64,000 nt of DNA, from contig CM052825.1 of the NCBI GenBank assembly GCA_028534125.1, positions 2,418,001-2,482,000 of the forward strand. Direction: 5' to 3'. The notes under the pieces are model-generated. The model saw only the letters and a program-made list of their open reading frames with translations. It did not search any database and was not told the DNA's origin. This DNA comes from Lama glama (taxonomy: Eukaryota). Positions 37,411 to 50,189 of the stretch are shown here, one piece after another (position 1 is the first letter of the stretch; each line of letters opens with the position of its first letter). The translations under genes and the position numbers were made by a program.

Positions 37411-37849
37411 AATATTTGGATCCTTTTATAATCTCGGCATCTGACAAATCATTGCTAGATTCTCTGTTGCATCTTAAAGCTCACGTTGTCCTCACGGATC
37501 TGTGATGTTGAACATTTAGGTCCCCGTGTGAATTAACTGTCTTAGAATCTGACTGGTGTTCATGAGTCCAAAGTCTGCGATTATATTTGCAAGCAATTTG
37601 CTTTCAGTGCCCTTCAAGCATGAAGGCAGTTCTGTCATCATCCTGATGGCATCTGTGTCATTGAAAAGACCCAGAGATGATTGGTTTTGGCGTTTTGCGG
37701 TGTCGGGAGCCCCGGCTGTGTCTGTAGGACGCAGGACGGCTCACGTGCGATCGTTTATGTAGGGTAGCTTTCTAGATGTGTCATTGCTGGATTAAAAGGC
37801 AAGTGCATTAAAGACTTTGATAAAGAAAATGAAGTTGCCCTCCAAAGAG

Positions 37850-38000
37850 GACACAGTCACTGCCTCAGGGCCCTCCCGACTCCTGAGGGACCTCCTCCTG
37901 ACTTGACTAAACTCTGCAAGGAGCCCGTTTCCAGATACAGTCACAGCCACAGGTGCCAGGGTTAGGATGTCAGCGTATCTTCTGGGGGACACCGTTCAGT
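37850..38000 (-). mobile_element. MLT1C-like LTR, right part (continues the element at 37123-37410)
   Basis: gacacagtcact...agggccc...ctctgcaaggagcccgtttccagatacagtcaca...gggttaggat...tatcttctgggggacaccgttca. Confidence 0.8.
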
Positions 38001-39041
38001 GGCGGGGCTTTGCTGCACAGAGCTGTGGCCACCACTCAGGGACCAGGGAAGTGTGCACTGAGGGGTGCCACGCGGTCAGTGGTGATGCAGGGCACGGGAT
38101 CCAGCCTGTGTCCCTGTCCCCGGGCAAGGCTTCGCGACCCCCCCAGGGGTCATGGGCATGCTCTTCGTCCATCTTGGTCACAGTTTGGGAGGTTGATCCT
38201 CCTTGCCTGAGGATCCCAGAGGAGAGACCAGCGTCTGGAGCCCCAGCACCCGGGTCAACTCTGTGGCCTTACTGGGATTCCGTGTGGAACGGGACGGCCT
38301 TTCTCCTAGTGACAGATGGGGCACCTTGATGAAAACGCCCTCCCCAAACTTACTTATGGGAAGAAACCAGCTGGAGGAAAAGAAGAGGCTGGGCCTGCCT
38401 GACGAGCTGCCGCCCCCGTGTCTGTGGTTTGCTCAGGTCCTGCCCGAGTCCTGCACGCCCGGCTCCTCTTCTCGCCCGGTCTGAGCCTCTCTCCGAGCTC
38501 CCCGTCACCCGTGTTCTGTGGGGTTCTAGACCTGACCTACCACCGGGGAGGGCAGGCCACGGGCCCCAGCCCCACATCTGTGTCGGGCAGGGTGGGGTGA
38601 CCTGGCCGCCGGAGGGGTCAGTGAGGGGCCTGGGGGGATGGAGGGACAGGGGCTGAAGGGACGAGTGGGCCGGCTGGTGGGCGATGCAGAACCAGGCCGC
38701 GTGTGCGGTCCCAAGGCTTCTGGGTTTTCCCGGGAGCGGGCCGCTTCCTTGCCCTGCTGTGGCCTGGGCCAGGCCTCCAGCCTCGGCCCTGGGGCGCGGG
38801 TCTTTGGGCTGGACGGGGATGGGATGCCTGTGTCCCCACACGCAAGCACCAGGGAGCCTGGCTCTGAGGAGGTGGCCCCGCGGCCTGGCTCTGTACCTGA
38901 GTCCCTGCCTTCCTCTCCATCCGTGGGACTCTTGTCTATTTTCTCGTAAACGACTGAGAGCCCTGGGTCTGAATCAGCCACTTCCTCTGACACAGTTGGC
39001 CACACCTGCAGCGGGGCCCCCTGACTGTGGTGTCTTTGCAG

Positions 39042-39177
39042 CCCCCGCGGGACGAGAGCCTGAACGGCCTCCTGCAGGGCTACAGGATCTACTACCGGGA
39101 GCTGGAGTACGAGGCGGCCGCAGCCTCCGAGGCCAAGACGCTCAAAAGCCCCTCCGCGCTGCGGGCCGAGCTCACAG
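39042..39177 (+). CDS. SDK1: SDK1 coding exon (FN3 ~10: PPRDESLNGLLQGYRIYYRE...ALRAELT)
   Basis: ttgcag|CCC CCG CGG ... CTC ACA G|gtgag. 136 bp = 45 codons + 1 nt. Confidence 0.96.
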
Positions 39178-40194
39178 GTGAGCCCCCCCGCCCCGGCTCC
39201 GGACAGGTGCCGGTCGGCAGGGAGCTCCCCGCACCACCCTGACTCCGCTCCCCGGGGCCTGGGGGTAGCCACCTCCTGGCTCAGGCTCTGACGGTCCTTC
39301 CGACAGCCTCCGGTCGAGGCAGCTCCTGGAGCTTGCAGGCAGGCTGCCGCTCGGCCCTCCTCCTCGCTCGGGAGGAGGCTAGGCGGCGTCTCCTTCCCTG
39401 GGTCCCCCAAACGGCGTCAGAGAAAATACTTCAGCCCCTTGACACCTGCGTGCTGGGGTCTGGATGGGAGGGGCTGGGGTCAGGGTTTTGGGGCTGGGGT
39501 CCAGATGGGAGGGGCCAGGGCGGCCACCACCTCCCATCACATTAGGAGGCTCTGTCCCCGGCCTGCTCGGGGGCCTGGGGAGCCCCAGTCCTCGTGTCTC
39601 CATGAGGGTCGCACGTGCAGAGGGGCGCCTCCTTGTGCTCACTCCCGTCCCCCTTTGGGGCCTCCAGGCTGCATCTTGGCACGGGCCCAGCCCCACACCA
39701 GGAGGAGGGCACGGCTCCGTTGTTGCCTCCTCTTGGCGTAACCCCGGTGTCCCGTCCCAGTGGCCAGACAGGGAGTGTCTCCCTGGGCTTTGTAGCAAAA
39801 TCACATCAGTGAAGTAAGAGGATGTGGTTGGCTCGGTCCAGCTGTCCCCAGAGCGCTCTGGTTGTGGTTCGCCCACCCCTTCTGCTCTTACGTGAGCACA
39901 GGTAGGCTGAGAGCCGCACCTGCGGAGGCGTTGCCGCCGGAGAAGCCAGTCTCCTGCCTTCTCCGGTGCTGCTTTGTGCTACATGGTGCCAGATACTAAT
40001 TCCATCCGTTTAAACGGAGGGTGAGCACTCGCCCTCCACTCGCGGGCCGGGATGCCAGGCTGGCTCAGCCCCGGGAGTGACATGTGGTGGCCGCCGCGGG
40101 GGCCGTGGAGCAGGGCCCTCATTTCAGTGGCGCGTCATTGCTGTAACTGTGCCCTGCGTGCTGACTGCCTTTCTGCTCTGCTTGCCCCTGACAG

Positions 40195-40254
40195 CCCAGA
40201 GCAGCTTCAAGACCGTGAACAGCAGCTCCACGTTAACGATGTACGAATTAACAC
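40195..40254 (+). CDS. SDK1: SDK1 60-nt symmetric (phase 1-1) exon: A-QSSFKTVNSSSTLTMYELT-H; candidate cassette exon
   Basis: gacag|CC CAG AGC ... TTA ACA C|gtaagt. Matches recalled human AQSSFKTVNSSSTSTMCELT. Confidence 0.93.
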
Positions 40255-40528
40255 GTAAGTGCAGCGCCGTCCACCGGAGCCGCCTGGCCGGGAACGGGCC
40301 GGTCCAGCGCCCTGGCCTCGCAGTGGGCCCAGTGAAAACCGGCTTAGATTAATGGCTCTGACTTGTGGAACCCTCCTCTCAAATGCTGCTCCACAACATG
40401 CCAGAACCACCATGGAGTGAAGAAAGGAACTTCCAGAAACGGGGGTGGGGGGCATTCACCCCCAGCGGTGCCTTGAGTTTGGGGCAGAAGGAAGGTCACG
40501 CTAGGCAGGTCTCCCCTCGGGCCCCTCC

Positions 40529-41028
40529 NNNNNNNNNNNNNNNNNNNNNNNNNNNNNNNNNNNNNNNNNNNNNNNNNNNNNNNNNNNNNNNNNNNNNNNN
40601 NNNNNNNNNNNNNNNNNNNNNNNNNNNNNNNNNNNNNNNNNNNNNNNNNNNNNNNNNNNNNNNNNNNNNNNNNNNNNNNNNNNNNNNNNNNNNNNNNNNN
40701 NNNNNNNNNNNNNNNNNNNNNNNNNNNNNNNNNNNNNNNNNNNNNNNNNNNNNNNNNNNNNNNNNNNNNNNNNNNNNNNNNNNNNNNNNNNNNNNNNNNN
40801 NNNNNNNNNNNNNNNNNNNNNNNNNNNNNNNNNNNNNNNNNNNNNNNNNNNNNNNNNNNNNNNNNNNNNNNNNNNNNNNNNNNNNNNNNNNNNNNNNNNN
40901 NNNNNNNNNNNNNNNNNNNNNNNNNNNNNNNNNNNNNNNNNNNNNNNNNNNNNNNNNNNNNNNNNNNNNNNNNNNNNNNNNNNNNNNNNNNNNNNNNNNN
41001 NNNNNNNNNNNNNNNNNNNNNNNNNNNN
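40529..41028. other. Assembly gap, exactly 500 N (flanks correctly oriented; consecutive SDK1 exons on both sides)
   Basis: Run of N between the exons at 40195-40254 and 41165-41266. Confidence 0.99.
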
Positions 41029-41164
41029 GCGGCCGGCCCCTGGCCGACTTCTCTCTTTGGGACAGCCGACTTCCCCCCCTGTCCCCTTGGGGTGGCTCCC
41101 GGAGGGAGCTTCCTAGGAGAGGGTGGCGGCCCTGGGCCAGCTGACCCCTGCCGTCGCCCCGCAG

Positions 41165-41266
41165 ATCTGAAGAAGTACCGGCGCTACGAGGTGCTCATGA
41201 CCGCCTACAACATCGTCGGCGAGAGCCCGGCCAGCGCGCCCGTGGAGGTCTTCGTCGGCGAGGCTG
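41165..41266 (+). CDS. SDK1: SDK1 coding exon (FN3 ~10 end: [33 protein letters not shown])
   Basis: cgcag|AT CTG AAG ... GAG GCT G|gtaagc. 102 bp = 2 nt + 33 codons + 1 nt. Confidence 0.96.
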
Positions 41267-42539
41267 GTAAGCACCGGCGGCTCCGCCCCACGGCCCCGGG
41301 CTTCGGTGCCAGGTGGCCGCCCCGTCCCCCTCGTCGAAGAGCACGTGGCCGGTGGGGCGGAGGCTCTGGGTCACTGTTGGGCGGAGGGCGGGGCTGAGGG
41401 CTGGGGTGTCCCGAGGGCCGGAGAGAGCAATCCAGTCTTGTTGAGACCAGGCTGGGTGACGCCAGGAGCCGCGTGTTCACCAGGACTTGGTGGTGGGGGT
41501 GGGTGCTGTCACCCCCATAGAATCTGGGTGTGCGGGAACGAGGGGGTGCTCGTACGGTGTCACCCGCCGTCCCTGCCTGGGCCTGGGCAGCGTCCTCAGC
41601 ACCGAGTCAGCCTGACCTCCTGTAACAGCTCCGTCCCGGGTCTCGGAAAGCCGCACGGATCCTTGTTTGTGCCCTGGGTTTGCTTCAAGGACCGTCCCTT
41701 CTGCGGGGCTAGCTCACAGGGAGACGTCGTGGTGTATGTTGAGGTCAGAGTGTGCCTTTGCACACCCTGCCCCACCTGGCCTCCTCGGAGCAAGGGCATT
41801 GCCTGCCCCGCTGACCATGGTATCCTGTGTCTGGCCATCAGCCTGGGTTTCTGCTCAGGTCCGCTGAGGACACAGACCCAGGCTTGCAGGAGGACGGAGG
41901 TTCTGGTCACTGGGCCAGAAACACACAGGTGACCTTTTGCCGTTTGGAGAGGCTATTTGCATAACCCAATCAGCAGCGCTGAGCGTCTAGCTTAGCAAGA
42001 TTTCTCTGAAACAGGTAGTGTTTTCACATCGGCGAGGATAAACCAAACGAGAATCAGGGGAGGAACGGGGGTCACCTTGGCCTCTCTTTACACAGGAACC
42101 TGCCCTGGGGCGTGGGTCACCTGGAGCAGGCGGATGGGGGCCTGGTGTTCCAGAAGGGGCTGGGCCTGGCCAGAGGGCCCCCGGAGGCAGAGGGGGAACG
42201 TGGAGGGGGAGAGGATGCAGCACGCACCATCTGTAAGAGTGGGTGCGCTGGGCCCTGGCTGGTCACCAGTGGGGGCAGTCACGCCGATGGGATCCGCGAG
42301 GCGGAAACTGCCCGCCTGTTAGTCTGCGCTCTGGGGTCGGGAGCCAGCATCCAGGGGCCGGGCACACTGGACAGGGAGGTAGTCCCAGGGGCCAGGGCGG
42401 ACATCCAGGGAGAAGGGCTGGTGCCTGGGCGGGAGACCAGGTAGGCGGAGGGGCCGCGTCCGGCCAGCCAGGTGACTGTGGGCTTGTGGCCAGCTCTGGG
42501 CTCTGGTTCTGGGTTTGGTTGGATGTTTGTCCTGTGGTG

Positions 42540-42930
42540 TGTGAAATACAGTCAACGTGACATCCACTGTCCTCGTCATTTTCGGGTGTGCAGCCGAGGC
42601 TCCCTTGTCCCCCTGGACAGGAGCCCGCCCGGAAGCAGCCCCCACTCCCCATCCCCTGCAGCTTCTCATTTACCAGTTGGTCTCTACCAATTGGCCTATT
42701 CTGGGCACTTCACGGACGTGGAACGGTACCATGTTTGTCCTTTAGTGGCTGGCCTCTCTCACCCGGGGTGCTCCCGAGGTCCCTCCATGCTGGGGCAGGT
42801 GTCAGACTTCATTCCTCCCCGAGGAATAGCATCCCACCTTGTGCAGACACCTCCTTTTGTCTGTTCATCTGCTGGACACTTGGGTTGTTTCCACCTTCAG
42901 GTTTTGTGAGTAGAGCTGCTGTCCACACGG
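42540..42930 (-). mobile_element. L1MB-like 3' fragment (antisense)
   Basis: ttggcctattctgggcacttcac, gtgtcagacttcattcct, gttcatctgctggacacttgggttgtttccacctt. Confidence 0.8.
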
Positions 42931-43639
42931 GCGGAGCAGGTATTTTTCACTGGCGGCTGAGCCTCAGGGGGCCCTGGCCCTGACGCAGGATGCTGGCAGC
43001 CCCCTCTCCTCCCCGCAGAGTCCTCCCCTCCTCCTCCCGTGACATCACCCCCACAGTGATTCACCCCCGCCAGGTCTCTCGTCGTCTCACCTCCTGGGCC
43101 CTTTATAACCCCCAGAAAGAAGAGAAAGCTCTACCTGTCTCACCCAAGGGTGGGGAGGGTGTGGGTACCGCCAGCCTCCCAGCCTCCGCCTCCGGGGGCT
43201 TCTCCACACTCACCCTTTGCATCAAGTCTGGGGTCACCAATCCTGGCATCCGTGGTCTCCTCCTGGGGCTGGAAGTGGCGGGGGTGGGAGTTGTGAACTG
43301 GTTCAAAGTGAGGGCTGAGACTCGTGGTTTCACCCTGGTTACGTGTGCATCTGGCACATCGCGTGCTTGTGTGAGGGGCTGTGAGAGAAGGCAGGGGGAC
43401 TCCCCGCCATGAGTGAGGGGCCAAGGCCAGGCAGTCCGGTGGATGAGGCCGGTGGACAGGTCCCAGGAGGCGGAGAAACGTCATGAACCAGCTCTGTCAT
43501 GAACCAGTGCTGCACACCATCGGCTGCGGAGTCGCCACCTGACACTTGGGCTGGGCTTTGCCGGGGTCGGTGAAGCTACTGCAGACACTGTAATGAATCG
43601 TTGATAACCCCTCTGATGCTGTCCTTAGGCTACAAGGCC

Positions 43640-44620
43640 AGAGGCAGAAATCCTGGTTCAAAGGACATAAACGTTTTGTACTTCTGGAAACCTTACACAC
43701 GCTGACACCTGCCCAGCAGTGGCCAGAATGTGGGTCTCACGGGGTCTTCCTCTCCCCTCCATTTTTAAACCTTTCCTCAGGTGTTAGGTGAAAAGTTATC
43801 TCATTTTTGTTTCAACATATGAGCCTGTAAGTTACTACCTTGTGGTTAAACACCTGTGATTGTTCGCGATGATTTTTCTCAGGGATCTTTGACTTGATTC
43901 ACAAGACCTCCTTAGATCTTAGGGACATCACACTTGATCCCGTTTGTGGCACCTGGTTTCCCCTTTCTCTTGTTAGTCGCTAATTTTATTGGCTTTAAAC
44001 TCAGATCTGCTGCACCTCTGCTTCCCCCTGAGGAGCCCAGCAAAGATTCGTACAGAATCTTCTGAACTTTTATGGTTTCACTTTTTCCCTTAAACTCTCC
44101 AATCCATCTGGACTTTATTTGGGCACCTGCTATAAAGTGACCTTCGGAATAGATTGCTTCCAGAGACGTTCCCTTCCCAAGTCACCTGCTGGTTGACTGT
44201 TTCTTTGTGATAGATCGTCATCATGTTTTAAATTCTTGGATGCAGTCGGGTCTGAGTTCCACCACCGCCCGGGGACCCCCGGATCCTGCATTTACATCCC
44301 TGTATTACACATTCTCCGTACTTAGTAATGCTCATCCCATTTTTTCCCCTAAAATTTCTCAGCCATTCTATGAACTTTACACTCATTTTGGCAAATTCTC
44401 ACAGAAGCTAATTCTGCTGGGACTTTCACGAAAGTGTGTTCAACTCTAAACTGGCACAGGAGCCCTCGCTGTCTCCGCCCTGCAGGTGCGTCCTCCCCGG
44501 GGACTGGCCTGTCTCCTGTGTCTCTCGCTGGCGTTAGTGGGTGTCTTGGTGCACGTCCTGCTCATCGTTTGTCAGTCACTCCCCGCAGTTTCCTTGTGGT
44601 TGTTCTGTGAGCCCAGGTCG
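43640..44620 (-). mobile_element. Highly degraded ancient L1 (L1ME-like, antisense)
   Basis: Relatively AT-rich tract with ctggttcaaaggacata, taggtgaaaagttatctcattttt, tttatggtttcactttt...aatccatctgga. Boundaries approximate. Confidence 0.5.
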
Positions 44621-47107
44621 TCCAACAGCTCGTCCCCGATCAGAGTCCAGGGCTGAGGTCCGCCAGTCATGGGGGCACGCTAAATGCAGTCCAGCAGGAG
44701 GAAGCACTTTCTCGGGCCCCGACAGAGGGAGCCAGGACCTGTTCTGTGTCCAGCGAGACACACTGCTGAGAGTTCAGCTCAGCAGTGGAGCGTCCAAACG
44801 TCGACCTTTGGCTCCACGACTTTCCCCAAGGGAAAACGGGCAGACACGGGAGCTCAGGATCTATGATCCTGCAGTCCCTTCAGAGTGGCATCTGGGTTGC
44901 TTTTGGTGTTTGCATTGCTTTGGAAGACAGAAAAATGTCTTGAAACTATTGGTTTGCTGTTTTTAAAAGAACTGAACGCTGGCTTGGGGCTGCGGGCCTT
45001 CTTGTCCCACAGGTATCCAAGTTTAAACCGCCGTTGGCTGGGATAGCGCCATCACCCAGCTGCCTGCAGCGTTAGCCCCTCTGGCCCCCAGCCTCGGTGA
45101 TGAGCAGGCTGGTCCTGGAGCCGCAAGTGAAAGCAGAGGGTTTCAGAGCCACCCTGAGTCCACGAGTGGACACAGAGTGAATGGCTCTCGTCGGAGAGAA
45201 ACCAGCAAGGCTTCCCTTCCCACAGCTCCGGGGCCCCGTTCCTGGGGGTCTGCAGGGAAACCCTCGTAACCCAGGCCGTGAAGCTATGGGAACCGCAGGC
45301 AGGTTCCTACTGTTCCAACGGCCAGCATCGCCTGCAGGCCAGCCGGCAGCGCTGCATGCAGATAGCGATGTGGAGCCCTGCCTGCACCGCCAGGAGCAGT
45401 CCTGCCCAGTGCTGGCTGGCACGTGTGGGCACAGCCGCTGGGGTGGGACCGCGATGCTGCCTCCTCTGATGCCTTGCCCTGATGCCCCGGCCTCCCTGGT
45501 CCTGCTCCCGCAGCGCACACTCTGTGAGCCACCGACAGGGGGCGTCCCCAGGGCCTGACCCAGGGCAGCGGGGCAGAGGAGGGAGAGCAGATGCAGAGCT
45601 TGGGAGAATGACAGGACACTGTCCAGGCCCCTTTGGCCTCCTCCAGGCTCTCTCCTGCACCCGTCATCCCAGGACAACAAGGACGCCGGCTCAATGAGGC
45701 CCACATGGGGAATGAGGCAGCCGGGCCAAGCACCCGTGTTGGTTTTAAAGCGCTCTGCAAGCACAGTGGGGGCGGCATTGCTGAGCAGGGGCGGGAGGGG
45801 GAAGGGGACACCCTGATAGGGCCTCATTAACACTGGGGCAGGGGGTCAGGGACCACCCCACAAGTGTGAGCTGAACCCCAGTCCCCTCCAGCAGGGACTC
45901 ATAGAAACCTCTGGAGCCACCATCTCCACCCCATCCGGAACACCCCCACTGAAGTGATCCTTCCTGACCCTGAATTTCATCCCATCACTTTCTGTTTCCA
46001 CCCCTCAGTGCCCCTCATGTCTGGAGTGGGGAAAAAGAAAATGTGTTCCCAAGACCAGCCCATGGGCCCCTCCGGCCCTGCCCATCCTGCCCCGAGCATC
46101 TTCTCCGGCCACTCTCCAGACCCACCCTGAGTTGTTCAGGCCACAGTGAGCGCCATCCGGTCCCCCAAACCCAGGCTCTGCTCCCATGCCCACGGGCCTC
46201 CTATGCTGGGTTACTGCCCTTCCTAGCAGACACGGGGGCCCAGGAAATGTTGGTGGGTAAGTGACATTATTAATAGTCTCATTTCCATCAACGCAGGAAG
46301 GTCATGGAGAATACTCTAATGCTTTATTTGGAAGCAGTTCCAAACATGACACAACCCGGAGTCTGAGTCCTTGGCCAGACTCTCCAGAGAGCCCTGTGGT
46401 GTATCTGCTGGCCAGGGATTGAGTCCTCTCCACTGAGCAGCCCCTCCCCTTGCTTGGCGCCCGCTGGGCCCCTGAATGCGAGGAGACCCCAGTCCTACCC
46501 TTGAGGAGGGCGCCCTTGGGCAGAGGGCAGATGACCTCACGTGGGGCCTTGGAGGGAGGAGCCGAGGCCATCCGGGTCCAGCCGTGTAGGGTGGGACCTT
46601 CTGCGTGTTACTGGGCTCAGGGTGGACAGGAGTGGAGCTGGACTTTGCAGGGTGACCAGATCCTGCGTCCTGGGTGCCGCCATTCAGACCCATGTATCAT
46701 CGGGACCTACTCCAGGCCTTGTCTTTCTTCAACCCTGACTCTCCACCCCAAGGGCTGTCGGGAGCGCCCCGGGGTCTGAGCAGAGGCCCGGAGCAGGACT
46801 TGGGGGAGACCCCACCCCACGGGCACTTCCCTTGTCTTGGTTCACAGACTCGCTGCATCCGAGCAGTACAGGGCTTGAGGTTAACCCCCCTTTACAGGTG
46901 AGCAAGGCCAGCACAGAGGCTTCCAGAAGGTTCTCCAGGAATGCACGTCTGATCAGGGGCCCTGGGACACACCTGTGTGGCCACTTCATCTGAGGCAGCT
47001 GTCTGTCTCTTAAAGAGTAAGGCCCCTCTGGAATCAGCATCCGAATGGAGACACAGGGCTCAAAGATGTGGGGAATCAGTGGGTTAACCATGAAAGCCTT
47101 CGTCGAG

Positions 47108-47250
47108 CAGGGTTCCAAACCAGCCCTCGGCCAAACCCAGCCAGTGCCGGCTTTTACAAATAAAGTTTTATTGAGACGCCCATTCACTAACATACAAAGG
47201 CAGAGTTGAGTTCTTGCAACAGAAAGCAGCTCAAAATGCCATTGCTGGGT
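47108..47250 (+). mobile_element. MER58A-like hAT-Charlie MITE
   Basis: ggccaaacccagcc...ttttacaaataaagttttattg...cgcccattc...ggcagagttgagttcttgcaacaga. Confidence 0.8.
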
Positions 47251-48454
47251 GAAACCAAGTGGCAGATTTGTTCAGCAGTGACCTGTATCGTGGAAACAGC
47301 TGTAGGAAGAATACGCCAGTTCTCATGAGTCGGAAACTCTCTGGCCTCCACCTCCTTTCCTCTTGAAACCACTGTTTTTAAAACGCAGCGTCTGATACTC
47401 AGTGGCCTCAGATGGCAGCTGCCGTGTCAGAGCAGACGGGAAGGCAGCCTGCCCACTGCTGCGCCTCGCTGTGCCCAGTCCTGGCCCTGAGCACCCCTCG
47501 TTCTCTCCACACCCATAAGCAAGCGCCCCGCCCTGCGCCTCCGGCACCGGGGCCAGAGCCACACACGCTCCTGACCGCCCTGCAGCCCTGTGACTCGGCC
47601 AGCGCAGCTCCCAGGGAGAAAGCCGGGAGCTTACCTCGGTTCTCCTGTGCTCACTCGTGGGGCCGAGCCCACCGCTGGGCCTGGGCTGGTGAAGAGCACA
47701 CGTGGACCTTCACAGAGGGTTCTTGGTGGAGCACCTCAAAATCCGGCGTTTTCGGCAGAGGCTACACCAACTCCAGCCTCTGGAAGCCCCAAGCGTGCAG
47801 GCTGGGCCTGGGCTGGGCGCCCTTCCCGGAGGAGCTCGCGCCCGTCGGGGTGTGTTAGCTGCCTGCTGCTGCGTAAGGAATCACCCCCGTGCGGCTGCTC
47901 GGGCCACATGTGCTTGTTACCTCACAGCGTCTGTGGGCCGCGAGTCCAGGCCTGCAGTGCACTGGCGGTGGTGGGCGGGGCTGTCTCTTGGGCTGGTGGG
48001 TGGCGGCCTCTCCATGGGTCAGAGCTGGAGACAGGGGCAGGGGTGCCAGCAGGGGCACCAGCGAGGACTGGGGGCTCGGGCTCCCATCGCCTCCCTGCAG
48101 CGCTGCCACCACTGCATCCGCCCACCCTGCTTGTCAGAGGCAGGTCGCGTGTGCAGCCCCCCTTGGAGGAGGGTTGGCCGAGGGTGCGAATACCGGGAGG
48201 GGTCCCTGGAGCCGTCTCCAGCATCCATGGTGACATACCTGGGCTGCTCTCAGTTCACAGGGAACCGTGACGGGGGACGGACACTTACATTTGTCAGCAC
48301 ACGGTGACACCTTGTCTCTAACACGGACAGAGTCCACCTGAGAGCTGTGCCCCACCCACCCCTCAGGGCGAGTCACTGGAAGTGAGGTCACCTTGGGGTT
48401 GACCTTGGAGCAGGACACCTGCCGGGGCCGTGCTCTGCCTCACACGACCCCTTT

Positions 48455-48570
48455 CACTTCATCTCAGAAACCCTCTAAGTCTGGTATTGTCTCCAATTTT
48501 ATAAACCGGAGCTCAGGGAGATTGAACCAAGTCCCGCATCCCGCAGGCTGAGCCCAGATCCCAAACTCCC
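48455..48570 (-). mobile_element. MIR fragment
   Basis: atctcagaaaccctctaag...tattgtctccaattttataa...gctcagggagattgaacc. Confidence 0.55.
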
Positions 48571-50189
48571 CGTCCAGCTTTTACCGCGGCCTCGTAGCTG
48601 TGGTTTCTGGAGCCAGGAGTACATAGCATTGATTTTCTGGAAAATCATTTTTCCTGATTTTTCTTGTTATGCTTCCTTGGAGTCTTTTTTTTTTGGTTCT
48701 GGCTCTGCAGTGAGGGGTGCGAGGCAAGGAGAGGGGCTGGACCTCGGAGGAGGGGATGGCAGCAGGGGTGAGAGGCCGCTGGTCTGAGGAGGCTGCCCCA
48801 GGGACCAGAGGCCTGGGACTGAATTTTCCCGCCGTGCCCCGCCCTGGGTCTGCTGGGAGGGAGGGAGGGCTCACAGCCAGGCAGCCTGGGGCTTTGGGAG
48901 CCTGGACCCACACCCCTGCTGTGCGCCCTTGGGCGGGTTCCTCAGTCTCCCGGGGTCTTAGTCTCCCCACTGTGTCATGGGGCAGTGATGGTGCCCACCT
49001 CCCCGGTTGTGAGGGTGAGCGAGCCTGTCGTCGGCGCGTTCGCGTCCCCCCGATGGGCCGGCAGGTTCCGGCAGCCACTGCACCAGATGCTGCGTCTTCA
49101 GGAGTCCTGGAGGCTTCTGGAGAGACGGGGGCTTTAGGCTGAGAGAGGGTGACGCACGTTCATCACGGTCCACATTATCAGCGTGATCTCACCTTTGTCT
49201 GTTGTAAGCTTCATTAAAAGCTACTTTGTAACGTCAATGGAAACGTGCCTTTGGGACCCGAAGTTCCTGCAGCGGGGGCTCGCAGCCACCTGGCCATCCT
49301 GAGTGACCCGGCCTGGGCCCTCCTGTTTGGTGGTAGCAGTGATCGCCTGCTTTCTTCTGGGGGGGCTGTGCACCTGCTCGGATGTGGCTCCTTCCTGTTC
49401 CCTTGGGATTCCGCCCCCTCCTTTCCCTCACCGAGTCCTGCTCGTCCTGCAGCACTTAGCCTGCCGTCCATGCCAACCCCCTTCTGTATCAAGGGGCCCG
49501 GGGCTGCACCTCGCCTGACCCAGAGTCCCCTCCCGCAGGTGTCCCTGCTTAGGGGAACAGATGTGTTGCAAAGTCTGCTGAGAAGGTAAATCACGTTGAG
49601 AATTCTGTCTCCTACTTGCTTTGACAGGAGGTAGGAAAGTGCCAACACCTGAGAAACGTGGATGTGATTAAAGTGAACCAATGATGTAGCATCTTTTAAA
49701 AATCATTTAAAGAAATACTTACTTCATTCTAGTAAAGCATTAGTAACAACTCTCAAACTATCGGTTAAAAACGTGCTCTGCCCAAATAATGAACCTCTGG
49801 TTACAAAAGCGGAAGGAAAGACCCAGCATGGGCTGGCCCGGTCCAGCGCCGGCAGGTGCCTGGCGGGGCCTCGGCGGCTCCGCACCCACCTGTCTGCTGG
49901 GACCCGGCTCCCCTGTCCACTCCCGCCCCCTCTTCCCGCCTCCCACGCGCGCTTGTCCCCGAGCCCCTGGTCGCACGGCGCGCCCTCCCCGTGACCCGAG
50001 AGCCGCCTGGGTGTCGTTTTCCAGGGAGGACCGTGCGTCCCGCGGCCAGAGCTGACCTCTCATGACCCTTCGAGCCCGTCCTCACCTCATTCTCCCTTGA
50101 CCCCTGATTCCTGTGGCCCGTCTCCCTTGTTAAATTTGCCTTGTATCCGCCCCCCGCCCCCAGCACTGTGCCGAGGGCCTGGCTGAGAT

